Counted from the first letter of the whole stretch, positions 29,055-41,643 are shown. The stretch: 61,594 nucleotides of DNA, filler included, from 9 parts of 9 records of this genome joined end to end with filler, not necessarily neighbours in it; one strand, 5' to 3'. A program made the numbers and translations. The notes: a model not told the origin generated them from the letters alone.

Positions 29055-31042
29055 ATGAAATGCTACTGCGGTCAAGTACTTGTTGTAGATTTATCAAACG
29101 GTGAAATATCTACTGAAAAGATCAGCGACAATGCGTATGAAACGCTATTGGCCGGCGTAGGATTGGGCGCTTATTTTCTTTACAAAAACATCCCTGTAGA
29201 TGCGGATCCCCTCGGCCCGGACAACATTTTGGGATTCACAAGCGGTCTGTTGACAGGATCGGGGAGCCTGGTCACGGGCAGATGGATGGTGGTTTGCAAA
29301 TCTCCTTTAACCGGTGGATGGGGGGACGCCAATTGCGGAGGCAATCTGGCTCCAGCCATTAAACGCTGCGGTTACGACGCCATTTTCTTCAAAGGAATTT
29401 CAAAAAATCCCGTATATCTTTATGTTGACGACAAAGGCCCTGAGCTGAAATCGGCTACGCATCTTTGGGGAATCGATGCCATCGAATCCGAAGAGATGTT
29501 GAAGAAAGAATGCAAGGGAAAGAAAAAACCATCTGTTGCCGTCATTGGTCAGTCTGGTGAAAATCAATCCCTTATTTCGGGCATATCGAACGACTCGGGG
29601 CGGATGGCGGCCCGATCCGGTGTTGGTGCCGTAATGGGGTCGAAAAAGCTCAAGGCCGTAGTTTTACGAGGACGGGAACGGATCAAGGCCCACGATCCGA
29701 AAAAGGTTAAAGAGATCAGCAAAGAATACGGTAAAAAAATACGCGAAGCGAGTGTCCCGAGTCTTTTAAAAGGGTGGGTGCTTCCCCTGATCAGTCATCT
29801 GGTTGCCAGGGTCAAAAATAATTCTCTGCTTGATGGGTTGGCAGTAGCCGGTTTCAACAAGAAGTGGGGAACCATCGCAAACAACACAATGGGAATTCCC
29901 AATGGCGACAGCCCTATCAAGAATTGGTCCGGGAGTGTCAAAGACTACAATTGGCTGTATTACAAAAACCTCAATCCGGATCGTATCGTGGAAAGAATGA
30001 CAAAACCCTACGCCTGCTACTCCTGCCCCATCGGATGCGGCGGCATCTGCGATACCAAAGACATCAAGGGGGGCAATTTCCCCATACCCACCAGCCGGAA
30101 TACGAGACATGCGCCGCATTCGGGTGCCTCATCATGAACAAGGACCTGGATGCCATATTCCATATCAATGAATTGTTGAATCGCGCCGGCATGGATACAA
30201 TCTCGGCCGGCGGGGTTGTCGCATTTGCCATCGAGTGTTTTCAAAACGGCCTGATCACCGAAGAAGATACCGGTGGAATCTCGCTGCGATGGGGTGATTC
30301 CGAAGCGGTTATCGCTTTACTCCAGCTTATGATCCGTAGGGAAAAAATCGGTGATCTTCTTGCCGACGGCGTAAAAATCGCTTCGAAAAAAATCGGAAAA
30401 GAAGCTCCCGCCTTTGCCGTGAATGCCGGCGGCCAGGAACCGGGAATGCATGACTCCAGGATGGATCCCATGCTCGGAGTTCACTTCAGTACAGACCCCA
30501 CGCCAGGCCGACATACGATCGGATCGGTGATCAATTACAATCTATACCGTTTGTGGGAGTCCGTATCCTGGGCACCGAAAGTCTCCAACAAGTACCCCAA
30601 AATCCTGGACCATGAGGTGAGCAAGGAAAACGCGGTAAAGGCCAAGGCTAACAGCTGTTTTAAAATGGTGATCGACGGAGCCGGCGGGTGCCTGTTTGCC
30701 GCACTGACAGGGATCAATCATTGGAAGATATTCGATTGGTTAAATGCCGCTACGGGATGGGACAAAACCCCGGATGAGTATATGGAAATCGGAATGCGGA
30801 TCCAGACCTTGCGGCAAATGTTCAATATCAAACATGGAATCGATCCAATCCGGTATAAAATACATGATCGGATGAGCGGTAGTCCGCCATTGAAGAAGGG
30901 GCCGTTGACCGGAATTACTATCGATATCGAAAATATGATGAGAAACTACTGGAAAGCCTTCGGCTGGGAAGAAGAGACCGGACGCCCCACACAGGAAATC
31001 ATGGATCACCTACAATTACTGGCCTTATTGGAAGACAAATGA
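29055..31042 (+). CDS. Aldehyde:ferredoxin oxidoreductase (W-cofactor AOR family), frameshift near 30068-30073
   Basis: DPLGPDN, KSPLTGGWG, ARSGVGAVMGSKKLKA, CYSCPIGC; continues PEYETC, GMDTIS in ORF 29864-31042. Confidence 0.9.
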
Positions 31043-31087
31043 ATACTTCTTCATGGTTGTAAATGGCTGAAAAGAGGAGAACTGGAA

Positions 31088-32640
31088 ATGTCCAAAAGCT
31101 GGGATGAATTATTGGAGGAGCATAGAAATCAGCGGGACCACCTGATGGCCGGTGGAGGTGTTGAAAGGCAGTCCAGAGAGCATGAAAAGGGCAAACTTAC
31201 GGCACGGAAACGAATAGACCTGTTATTCGATCCGGGCACCTTTGTCGAATACGATCTATATGCCAAACACATCGGCCGGGACTACGGTCTGGACAAAAAG
31301 GAATTGCCTGGCGATGGCGTGATTATCGGCTATGGGGAAGTCAAAGGAAGGGGATGCATGATCTATGCCCAGGACTTTACAGTACAGGCAGGAACCTATG
31401 GCGAACGCCATGGAAAGAAAATATGCAAGATCATGGAGATGGCGAAAAAACACGGCCACCCGGTTATAGCCATAAATGATTCCGGGGGGCTCGCGTCACA
31501 GAGGTTATGGGACCGCTCTCCGAGTATGGCCGGCTCTTTTATCGCCATGTGCAGGCATCGGGTGTCGTTCCGCAGGTCGCTCTGATCATGGGGCCGGTGG
31601 CAGGCGGCCAATCCTATTCACCGGCGCTGATGGATTTCATCTACATGGTGGAGAACACCAGCGCCATGTTCATAGCCGGCCCCCTTGTGGAAGCGGTCGT
31701 CTTTGAAAAAACCGATGAACAGACCCTGGGGGGGCCCAAAATTCATGGGTCCATCAGCGGGGTGTCCGATGGAACCCTGGTAGATGACTATGCGTGCCTG
31801 GAGAATACCCGCAAGCTGCTATCCTATTTACCGTCCAACAACAAAGAAAGGCCACCCTATGTCGAGCCAAACGATTCCGCTGACCGACTGACCCCGGCGC
31901 TTCGGGAGATCATTCCCACGGACCAGAAAATTCTTTATGACATTCGGGAGGTGATCAATGTTGTATTCGATACCGATTCCTTTTTCGAGATCAAAAAAGA
32001 TTTTGCGGTCAACCTAACGATCGGTTTCGCACGTCTGGATGGACACGTGGTTGGCGTGGTGGCCAACAACCCCATCAAGTTCGGCGGTGCTCTGGACTAC
32101 AATAGCTCGGACAAAGGGTCCCGTTTCATCCGTTTCTGCAATGCGTTTAATATTCCGTTGATCAATCTGCAGGATGTTCCCGGTTACGTCATCGGAACCA
32201 ATTCTGAATATAACGGCATTATCCGCCATGGCGCAAAGATGTTGTATGCATACAGCGAAGCAACGGTTCCCAAAATCACTATCCTGGTTCGAAAGGCATA
32301 CGCCGGCGGATACCTGGCCATGTGCAGCAAGGACCTGGGAGCGGATGTGGTATTCGCCCTGCCCACTGCGGAAACCTGTTTGATGGGCCCCCAAGGTGCA
32401 GTCAATATCCTCTTTCGCAAAGAAATCGCCGCAGCCGGAGACCCAGCCGCGGCTCGTGCCGTGCGCGAAAAGGAGTTCACGGACAAGTATGTCAACCCGA
32501 CCCATGCGGCGAGTCTGCAACACATAGACGATATCATCAGCCCGGATGAGATGCGGATCAAGCTAATTCAGGCCTTGAAGATGACGATAGACAAGGATGA
32601 AAAACAACCCGATCGGAAACATGGAATTACCCCGGTATAA
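31088..32640 (+). CDS. Acyl-CoA carboxylase carboxyltransferase (beta) subunit, frameshift near 31484-31489
   Basis: KGKLTARKRI, QDFTV. Adding one G restores DSGGARV; then GFARLDG, DVPGY, RKAYAGG. Confidence 0.9.
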
Positions 32641-32664
32641 GAGTAACGGTCGAAGGGAGATGGC

Positions 32665-32801
32665 ATGCGAGAAGCGGTAATTGTCAGTGCGGTGAGGACC
32701 CCACTGGGAGGCTTTAATGGAACGTTGAGTCAATTCGGAGCCACCAGGTTGGGTGGACTGGTCATCGAAGAAGCGGTGAAAAGAGCCGGAATCGAAAAAA
32801 A
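32665..32801 (+). CDS. Thiolase (acetyl-CoA acetyltransferase), N-terminal fragment
   Basis: [19 protein letters not shown]. Confidence 0.85.
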
Positions 32802-32901
32802 NNNNNNNNNNNNNNNNNNNNNNNNNNNNNNNNNNNNNNNNNNNNTTAATTAATTAANNNNNNNNNNNNNNNNNNNNNNNNNNNNNNNNNNNNNNNNNNN
32901 N
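32802..32901. other. Artificial contig linker
   Basis: N/TTAATTAATTAA spacer. Confidence 0.99.
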
Positions 32902-33673
32902 TTTTATGGCCGAACAGCTCGGATTCAATGAGGGCCTCGGAGAATTGGGAAAGATTTATCTCTATGAAGTTACGGGTGAAACTCTCGTCAAAGGCTCCTT
33001 TCTTCTCGTTGTAGGGAATGAATCCGGATCGACCTATTGCCCCTGCGGCGGTACCTTTCCCGGTCCCGGTTTCCCCTACCATAAACGTGGAAAAGTCCTC
33101 CATGCGGTCCCACATGACGTTCTCATATACTGCCGGAAAAGATGTGAAAAGAGTGCGCCAGAGGTGGGAACGCAGTACCTGCATGGATTCACTCTGGCCG
33201 AGCAGGCCGTGATATATGAAATACCAGGCCCTGCGCACCTGGTAGAAGAAACTGAAGTAGCGCACGGAGTCAGCATCGCTGAAATCCCTGCTGCGCATCA
33301 GTGCCAGGGTTTCATGGGCAAATGGTATGGGGTGGTCGATAAGGTCGTCGGTGATTTGTTTTAAAATGAAATCATCAAACTGGGAGAAGCACCGGTAATA
33401 CGAGTCGTGCATCAGGGCATGGCGGACGAGATATCTGTCCTCGCCGGAGAACTGCTTCCAGCTTAATTTCCCGTTCGCGGTTACGCTGGAAAGCCTGGCT
33501 TTGATCGACTCGTAAACGTGTGCTCTGAGCTGATCACCGGCCGGATATTTCCCTCCCGCCACCCTGTGTGCGAGCAGTAATGATTTTTTGTCGAACGGGT
33601 TGCGAAACGCAAACTCGGTGAGGTTCCTGAAATAGTCTCTGTCTTCAGGCTTTAGTTCTGTTTTTTCACCCAT
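32902..33673 (-). CDS. Sigma54-interacting transcriptional regulator with an atypical N-terminal domain, 3' truncated
   Basis: GETGTGKG Walker A and INLSQF..ALIESELFGHK, cut off just before the GAFTGA position. Confidence 0.85.
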
Positions 33674-33797
33674 ACATAAATTGTATGTCACTCCGGCATT
33701 GAATGTCAATCGGTGTCCCGTCCGGTGTTATGGATCCGGAGTTTTCGTGTCTCTCAAGTTATATGAATTCCAGTGGTTATAGGGCTCGATACCGGCA

Positions 33798-33813
33798 TGG
33801 CATGGGAATTGAA
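33798..33813 (+). promoter_or_regulatory. Candidate sigma54 promoter for the downstream lipoprotein gene
   Basis: TGGCATGGGAATTGAA, divergent from the sigma54 activator gene. Confidence 0.55.
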
Positions 33814-33940
33814 AGTATCTGGTTAAAAGCCGATGGAGAATCCCGGACCATCCATCGAAACCAGAATTGAGGAAGAGTGTAGAGGCCGTTTCCAGACCGG
33901 GGATAATGCCAATTATGGACATACTATCAAGAGGTTTGAA

Positions 33941-34411
33941 ATGAAAACGTTACTGCATCATGCGCTCAAGGTGTTGCCGCTTGTGGTTCTGCTTGGTGGC
34001 TGCTACGTGATACCCATGGACCAGTACGGTAACCCCGTGTACCCGTTACCACCAGGGTGGGATAAAACAGCTACCACGCCGCCCGCCCCACCTGTCGGCA
34101 AAGCGGGTCCGATAACAATTTCCGCCCGCCTGTATCCAAACAATGAACTGGCTTCTGAAACAGGAATCGTGACGGGTGCCGTTACCAATATGTTGACAGG
34201 CAAAGGTCGTTTTAACCTTGAATACAAAGGGGAAACGTATTCCGGCGAAGCGACCCGGCTATCGAACGATACCCGCCGCGGAGTCGCCAGTGCCTTCAGC
34301 CCCAGTGGCGGGTATATGAGCTGCGAGTACAAGATGAACACGCCGCGGCAGGGGGCGGGTACCTGCACATTCTCCAACGGGGCGGCCTACAAGCTGCACA
34401 TGGGCAATTAG
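33941..34411 (+). CDS. Hypothetical lipoprotein
   Basis: MKTLLHHALKVLPLVVLLGGC lipobox, Pro-rich linker, beta-rich domain with two Cys. Confidence 0.75.
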   Translation: MKTLLHHALKVLPLVVLLGGCYVIPMDQYGNPVYPLPPGWDKTATTPPAPPVGKAGPITISARLYPNNELASETGIVTGAVTNMLTGKGRFNLEYKGETYSGEATRLSNDTRRGVASAFSPSGGYMSCEYKMNTPRQGAGTCTFSNGAAYKLHMGN

Positions 34412-34464
34412 TGTCAGTCCCTGCTGTGCGTGGTTTCGAAACAGAGAGGCACTCCGGCGCAGGC

Positions 34465-35742
34465 TTACCGCGAAGTCAGCTTGATTTCGATACGCCGGTT
34501 TTTGCGATAGGCCTCGCTTGTCTCTGCCGGGTCGAGGGGGTGAAATTTACTGAACCCCGCTGCCGCCATTCGATCCTCTGGAATCCCCCGGGTCGCCAGG
34601 TAACGGACCACCGAGACGGCCCGAGCGGTGGACAGCTCCCAGTTGGAGGGATACCGGTCCGAGTTTATCGGGATCCGGTCGGTATGCCCGTCCACCCTGA
34701 GGATCCACTGCAGATCCTCGGGGATCTCGGGGATGATTGCCTGCAGGATATCAACCAGTGCATCAAGCTCCTGTTTACCCGGCTCTGACAGCTCGGCGGT
34801 GCCGGAGGGGAAGAGCAGTTCCGCCTGCAGCAGAAAACGGTCCCCCTCGATGCGGATAAGCGGGCTGTCGCCGAGCACCTCACGCAGCCGGCCGAAGAAT
34901 TCGGAGCGATACCGTTCCAGGTCGTTGACCTTCCGGGCCAGCTCGATGTTCAACCGTTTTCCGAGATCCTCGATTTCCTCATCCTGCTGCCGGCGATCGA
35001 GCTCGGAGAGACGCAGAGCTTCGGCGATTTCCCGCAGCTGTTCGCGCAACTGGTTGATCTTGCTGGTGAGGAGTGCCACCTCGGCCCGGGCATCGGCGGT
35101 CAGGCTGCGCTGGTTGTCGAGGGCCTGCTGCTGCTCCCCGATCAGGGCCGAGAGGGCCTCGATCCTGATGTCACGCTGGTCTATGTTTTTCTGCGCAAGC
35201 AGTGTCTTTTCCTGCTCGCCGGCCAGTTTAGCCTCAAGGGTTTTACTGCGGTCCCGCAGGGCCGCCGCGACCTGCTGCTCCCGTTCAAGGGCTGCTGCCG
35301 CTGCGGCGATGTCGTTTTCGAGCTGCTGGCGCAGATCACGCAGCGTACTGATGTCCTGCTGGAGGCTGGCGATTGATTTCAGGTGGAACTCGATCATTTC
35401 GAAATCTTCCACCCGCTTTTCGTTCAGGTAGTCGATTTCACCTTCGAGATCACTGTTTTCGGTGATGAGGGTGTCGATCTCGGTGGACAGGGCGGCGATG
35501 TGCGTCTGCATTTCCTCATTCTTCTGTTGCTCCAGTCCCAGGAGTTCGGTGATTTCGGCAATCTGGGAGTGCAGATCATCCAACTCGCTGCTCTGACTGG
35601 ACAGAATCGTGCTGAGTATGAACTGGGACAGGGTGAAGATCAGCAACACGAAAATGATGATCATGACCAGGGCTGACAGAACGTCGACGTAGCCCGGCCA
35701 TATACTGACGGACTCCTGGGAGTGGTGGTTTCTCGAACGCAT
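34465..35742 (-). CDS. MotB/OmpA-like peptidoglycan-binding protein with a long coiled coil
   Basis: WPGYVD TM Asp, long heptad region, VDGHTD, SNWELSTARA, NRRIEIK. Confidence 0.88.
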   Translation of the reverse strand: MRSRNHHSQESVSIWPGYVDVLSALVMIIIFVLLIFTLSQFILSTILSSQSSELDDLHSQIAEITELLGLEQQKNEEMQTHIAALSTEIDTLITENSDLEGEIDYLNEKRVEDFEMIEFHLKSIASLQQDISTLRDLRQQLENDIAAAAAALEREQQVAAALRDRSKTLEAKLAGEQEKTLLAQKNIDQRDIRIEALSALIGEQQQALDNQRSLTADARAEVALLTSKINQLREQLREIAEALRLSELDRRQQDEEIEDLGKRLNIELARKVNDLERYRSEFFGRLREVLGDSPLIRIEGDRFLLQAELLFPSGTAELSEPGKQELDALVDILQAIIPEIPEDLQWILRVDGHTDRIPINSDRYPSNWELSTARAVSVVRYLATRGIPEDRMAAAGFSKFHPLDPAETSEAYRKNRRIEIKLTSR

Positions 35743-35744
35743 GG

Positions 35745-36635
35745 CTACTCCGCAGGCTCGCGCTCAGGAACTTCGATCGCAGGCCTTTTCGTCGCGTCAG
35801 AAGCGTGCAGCAATGCTTTGATATGCAGATTGGTGTGATGCAGTTCCCTGATGAGGCTGTCCAACTGGCCGGATCCTGTGTGCGGTGATTCAAACGATTC
35901 TCCGTTATGGTCGTGGTCGAGGTTGCCGCCAAGCGTCCTGTCGACGAGCTGTGTGACCCCGGACAGCCACTCTTCGAGTTCGTTGAAAAACCGGTTCTGG
36001 GCATGATTGGCCTGGATATCGATAAAGCCGAGTATCAGCGATCCACCAAGCCCGAACAGTGAGGAGCTGAACGCGGTTCCCATCCCCCTGAGCGGTTCCT
36101 GTAAGCCGGCCTTCAGGGCCTCGAACATGGGCCCGTAGTCGTTGTCTCCCATATCGAGCGCGCCGACAATGTTGCCTACCGAGCTGATGGTCCCCAGCAG
36201 ACCCCAAAAGGTGCCCAGCAGCCCCAGGAACACAAGCAGGCCGATAATGTAGCGCGAGATCTCCCGCGATTCATCGAGCCGCCCCCTGATTCCCTCGAGA
36301 ACGGTGCGTAGCGATAGGGCCGACAGGCTGAACCGGTCGCGATGCAGTCCTTCAAGATGTTTGGCCAACGGTTTGAGAAGCTCCGGACTTTCCGCAACGG
36401 AGAGACCGGAGGTGCCGGTGCGGAAGATCTTGATCCAGTTGATTTCCGGCTCCAGAATCAGGACCCGGCGAATGTTCAGCAGGATGCCGATCAGCAGGGC
36501 TCCCACGATGATGAGATTGAACCCCCAGTTGGACATGAAGGCCTGCTTGAGCGGGACGAATAACAACGCGCAGACAAGGACGACCAGGCTGACAAAGACG
36601 AACATGATTACAAGGTAAGAGCGTGGATTACTCAT
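35745..36635 (-). CDS. MotA/TolQ/ExbB-like ion-channel subunit
   Basis: LGLLGTFWGL and GMGTAFSSSLFGL TM motifs; directly upstream of the MotB-like gene. Confidence 0.85.
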   Translation of the reverse strand: MSNPRSYLVIMFVFVSLVVLVCALLFVPLKQAFMSNWGFNLIIVGALLIGILLNIRRVLILEPEINWIKIFRTGTSGLSVAESPELLKPLAKHLEGLHRDRFSLSALSLRTVLEGIRGRLDESREISRYIIGLLVFLGLLGTFWGLLGTISSVGNIVGALDMGDNDYGPMFEALKAGLQEPLRGMGTAFSSSLFGLGGSLILGFIDIQANHAQNRFFNELEEWLSGVTQLVDRTLGGNLDHDHNGESFESPHTGSGQLDSLIRELHHTNLHIKALLHASDATKRPAIEVPEREPAE

Positions 36636-36959
36636 GGGATATACCGTGCAGAGATTATAGGCAGAACCGCGCCGGCGCGGCGTTTGCTCGACAGTCTGTG
36701 GATGCGGGCATCACTATACCAGAGTTGCTGAACCATTTCATAATAATCCGCTCCCGCACAGTCGTCAGGTCCGGGTCGGAGCGTTCTACTGCAATCGTTT
36801 CGGCAACGTCTGACAGCGGGGAGTTGCCCTGTTTGCGATGTCTCAGGAAAAGGAAATAGTTATGACGATATTCAGGGAAATCGGCTATCTTAGAGAGATA
36901 GGGGAGATCTGAACGATTTCAGTCGAACCGCTCACGGGATTCACATTCACTGGAGCAAG

Positions 36960-39771
36960 ATGAAGATGGCCAGCGATTCTGAGAGAATTCTACACGCAAT
37001 AGAGAAAATCGATGATGCCATACATATCACCTCGGATGTGGTGATTTTACTGGATAACGTTATTCAGGAAGTGCGTGAGATCTTTCAGTCGGATCGGGCC
37101 TGGCTGTTGCATCCGTGTAATCCCGACCTGAGCTCTTTCGAAGTTGTCTTTGAAAGTACCACCCCTGGCTATCCCGGTGCAAATGCGAAAAACGAGATCG
37201 TGCCGATGACTGGGGATATGGCCGATTATTGTCGAAGGGCGCTGTCGGGCACTGGCGAGCCGGAGATCGATCTGCCCAAAGGCCGCAAGGTGGAAAATGA
37301 TATCGCCCTGCGGTTCGGCGTCAAATCGCTCATGTTCATGGCCCTCCGTCCCCCGAGCGGCGACGCCTGGATGTTCGGCCTGCACCAGTGCGGATACCCG
37401 CGGGTCTGGACGGAGCAGGATAAAAGACTTTTCAAGCTGATCGGCAATCGCATAACCAATTCTATCGGAAATATGCTCTATGTCGATCATCTCAAAAAAA
37501 GCGAAGCCACCTATCGTACGCTGTTCGATACCGCGCCGTTTGGCATCCAACTGACCGACCTGGAGGGCAGAATCGTTTTCAGCAATCCGGCTCACCATAA
37601 GATACAGGGCTACGACAACAACGAACTGGTCGGGAAGTTTATCTGGGACCTGATGGTTGACGACGAACATAAGAAAACAGCCAGGAACTATTACGAAACG
37701 ATCGTCAAAAACCGGCCGCAACCAGAAACGTATTACAATAGAGACCGCACAAGAGACGGCCGGTTGATTGATGTTCAGATCGGCTGGGACTACGTCTATG
37801 CCGCAGACGGCGAGCTTGAAGGCATAATCAGCATTATCAGCGATGTTACGGAAAGAAAAGAGGCGGAACGTGCGCTGGAAGTGAGTGAATCGAAATACCG
37901 GCAGCTTATCCAGACGGCTTCCGACGCCGTGTATCTGATTTCTGCAGAAGGGCGGTTCATCGATGCCAATGACGCTGCCTGCCGGATGTTGAAATGCAGA
38001 CGAGAGGAGATCCTCGACTCCGAAATCAGCATGGTGGACCCGAATTTCAGTGTCGAAGGATTTCTTGAGTTCTGGAAGGACATGCCGGTAAACGAGCCCG
38101 TCATGTTTGAAACAGAACATCAGCGCAGAGACGGAACCTTGATTTCTGTGGAGGTAAGCGGGCAGAAATTCAGGATTGGGGAGGACATCCTCTTCTTCGG
38201 GATTGCCAGAGATATTTCTGAACGGAAGGCAGCAGATGAAGCGCTGCGACTTAGTATTCAGAAATATCAGTCCATGGTCGACAATATCGGGATCGGCGTA
38301 GCGCTGATCAGTTCGGATATGGAGGTGCTGGAAATCAACAAACAGATGCGAAAATGGTTCCCCCTGATCACTCCGGGCAAGGGGACTGTTTGTTATCACG
38401 TCTTCAATGATCCGCCACGGGATAGAATCTGTGATTATTGCCCGACATGCAAGACCATCAAGGACGGTAAGGTTCACGAATCGGTTTCGGAAACGCCAGC
38501 ACCCGAGGGAACACGCAACTATCGCATTGTTTCATCCCCCATCATCAATGATGACGGAAATGTCACGGCCGTGATTGAAATGGTGGAGGATATCACCTAC
38601 CAGTTGAAACAGGAGAAGCGGATTCGTCAATCCCAGAAACTGGAATCCATCGGCAATCTTGCCGGCGGGATCGCGCATGATTTCAACAATATCCTTGCAT
38701 CAATTATCGGATTCACCGAACTGTCGCTGGATGAGGTCGACAAGGGGTCGGCCGTGGAGGATAATTTGCAGGAGGTCTTTGCCGCAGGAAAACGCGCCAA
38801 GGAACTCGTGAGCCAGATTCTGGCATTTGCCAGGCAATCGGAAGAGAAACTGAGCCCCGTCCAGGTGGATACCGTTGTCGATGAGGTACTTCATTTCATC
38901 AGATCAACTATTCCCGCCACAATTGATATCGAGAGCCATATCGCCAGTGATTCACTCATCATGGGCAACCAGACACAGGTTCATCAGATCCTGATGAATT
39001 TGTGTTCTAACGCAGCTGATGCGATGGAAGAGAAGGGGGATTCTTGCCGTTATCCTGGAAGACGTATCAGTGGAGAGAGATTTCTCTGATCAAACGCTCG
39101 ACCTGAGTCATGGGGATTACGTTAAGCTGACAGTGTCCGACACGGGCGAGGGTATCGAACCCGAGATCGTTGATTCGATTTTCGAGCCCTACTTTACCAC
39201 GAAAGCTCCGGGCGAGGGGACCGGAATGGGGCTTGCGATGGTCCAGGGAATTATCGAGAGCTACAGGGGGAAAATAGCGGTGGACAGTGTGCCCGGACGT
39301 GGCACGATCTTTACCGTGTATCTGCCCGTGACGCGAAAACGCAACGAAGCGCACCACTATGAGAAAGAGTCCTTACCAGCAGGTGAAGAACGCATTTTAT
39401 TTGTAGACGATGAGGCTCCCATCGCAAAAATGGGGAGCGAGGGACTTGAACGTCTCGGCTATCGGGTGACCTGCAAAACCAGCAGCCTCGAGGCCCTTGA
39501 GCTCTTCAGGTCTCATCCGGACGAGTTTGATCTGGTCATTACCGATATGACAATGCCGGACATGACGGGAGATGAACTGTCCGCGGAGCTGATGACCATC
39601 CGGCCGAATATTCCGGTGATCATCTGCACGGGATACAGCAGGAAAATATCCCATGAAACGGCGGCTGAAATCGGGATCAGGGCCTTCGCCTACAAACCGA
39701 TCGTCAAGGCGGACCTCGCGAGGACTGTCAGAAACGTGCTGGACGAGGCGAGAAACAGGACGGAGACCTGA
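36960..39771 (+). CDS. GAF-PAS-PAS-PAS hybrid histidine kinase with receiver domain, frameshift near 39035-39039
   Basis: GIAHDFNNIL H-box, QILMNLCSNA N-box, then DTGEG, GTGMGL, FVDDE, ITDMTMP in ORF 39019-39771. Confidence 0.9.
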
Positions 39772-39864
39772 GCGGCCGGCTACCAGATAGGCTGAAAGTC
39801 CCCTGAACTGTGAACTGATCATTACGAGAGGAGACCTCACCTGATCACTCGTTGGATAACGGCA

Positions 39865-41104
39865 ATGACAGAAAAGGCAGAACCTTCAAGACCTGGAGAG
39901 TTTCCTCCATCTCTGGCGTACCATTACGCAGTCGGAGCCATTTCCGTCACGATTGGTATCGGTGTTGTCATTCTGCTCAATATCTTTACGCCTCTCGACA
40001 TCATACAGAACACCGTCGGCGGGCGAACCGATGTGCACTTTGGGCCTTCTTTCCTGTGGAATTTTTTGGTTCGCCTCGTGGCTATTCTCTCCTGTGTCTA
40101 CGGAATTGTCTTTCTCGGGCTTGGGTATCTGCTCAAACCAATAGCTGCGTGTCTGGCACTCTATAAAAATGGTGAGGAGCCTGATGAGAGCCAGCTCCGC
40201 AGTGCTCAGAAGCGGTTGTTGAATCTCCATTACCTCTTCGCTCGAATGACCGTTTTGATGTGGATTATTCTTCCTGCGTTGGTTGCTGGAGGATCGGTGG
40301 TCGCAGGCTTTCTGGACCATAGGGCTGCGATAATTTTTGCCGCGCGGGCAAGCATGGTCGGCTTGATCGTGGCCTCCATTGCAACGTTGAGGATCGAGAT
40401 TGCCTCGCGCAAAGTGCTCATCCCCTTTTTTTCCCCAATGGCGTTTTGAGCACGGTTGAACACGTCAAGAAGAGATCGCTCAGCCACCGCATCATGCTCG
40501 TCAACCGACTTGGGGCCATCGTTCCTGTTATTGTTTTCCTCGTAACGCTGCTGACGACTCAGTGGCAGGTGACCTATATGTCGATTTCGGCTGTGGCGTA
40601 TGGAGCGGAGATACTCGTTTTTACGGTGGTTCTGATTTTCTGGGTGTTCGTGTTCTCCTGGCAGTTAGGTATGCTGCAGCGCCGCACTATCGTAGAGCCT
40701 CTCAATGATCTGGTGAAACGGTTGAGAGGGGTAGAGGACGGTGAGTATGAGACCAGGGTCCAAGTCACGTCAAATGATGAGATCGGTTATGCCGGGGAAG
40801 TCGTAAACAATATGACCGAGGGACTGAAGGAACGGCTGGTAATGAAACGCTCCCTGGATCTTGCCGGACAGGTTCAACAGAATCTGTTGCCCCGGACCAA
40901 TCCGGTTTTCCCGGGCCTAGATGTTGCGGGGACGAGCATTTATTGCGACGAAACAGGGGGAGACTATTACGATTACCTCGAGCCGAGGCGTGAAGGTGGA
41001 AGGAGATTAGGTGTCGTGATTGGGGATGTTTCAGGACACGGCATCGCGTCGGCCCTGATCATGGCCACGACGCGCGGTTTCCTACGTCAGCGCTGCGCGC
41101 TGCC
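39865..41104 (+). CDS. Membrane HAMP-SpoIIE (PP2C-type) phosphatase, frameshift near 40425-40432, 3' truncated
   Basis: Multiple TMs, DEIG HAMP, VQQNLLP, TGGDYYD, GDVSGHG. Confidence 0.87.
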
Positions 41105-41204
41105 NNNNNNNNNNNNNNNNNNNNNNNNNNNNNNNNNNNNNNNNNNNNTTAATTAATTAANNNNNNNNNNNNNNNNNNNNNNNNNNNNNNNNNNNNNNNN
41201 NNNN
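41105..41204. other. Artificial contig linker
   Basis: N/TTAATTAATTAA spacer. Confidence 0.99.
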
Positions 41205-41301
41205 CCAAAATCCGAATTTTTCAAGGTAGCCTGAGGCGTTTGAAGGTGCTCAGTATGAACGGCGGCAGCCTGGGCCATGGCTAAGAGAAGGGGAGCGTGC
41301 A

Positions 41302-41643
41302 GTGACAGAGCAGAAACATCCGCAACTGTCTCGGCGGGGGGCATTCCGGTTCCGTTGCAGCAAGGAATTGGTGGCGTATAAAACCGCCTACGAGGAGGGG
41401 GAAGGAGTCCTTACCAATATTTCGACCGATGGCTGTGCGGTAGAGCGGGCGACCAATCCTCCCGAGCTTCACGAGAGGATCCTCCTGACCATCGAACCTG
41501 AAGATGATGCACCGGCGATTGAAGCCCAGGCACAGGTGGTACGGGTTGAAGAAAGGGATTTTGCGGTGAGATTCACTCTTGTTGAACAGGCAACCAAAAC
41601 GATGATCAGGAACTATTTTGCCGGGAAACTGCGCGGTCGATAG
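41302..41643 (+). CDS. Stand-alone PilZ domain protein
   Basis: RRGAFR (RxxxR) and NISTDG (D/NxSxxG) motifs, FAVRF. Confidence 0.85.
   Translation: MTEQKHPQLSRRGAFRFRCSKELVAYKTAYEEGEGVLTNISTDGCAVERATNPPELHERILLTIEPEDDAPAIEAQAQVVRVEERDFAVRFTLVEQATKTMIRNYFAGKLRGR

Noticed and set aside
34465-36635. Calling the pair a complete Zorya system or flagellar motAB
   Set aside because: No zorC/D/E or flagellar genes are adjacent, and the A subunit lacks the long ZorA tail.
36700-36830. Possible structured RNA or IS end in the motA-kinase intergenic region
   Set aside because: Only short scattered complementarities, with no recognisable family or second copy.
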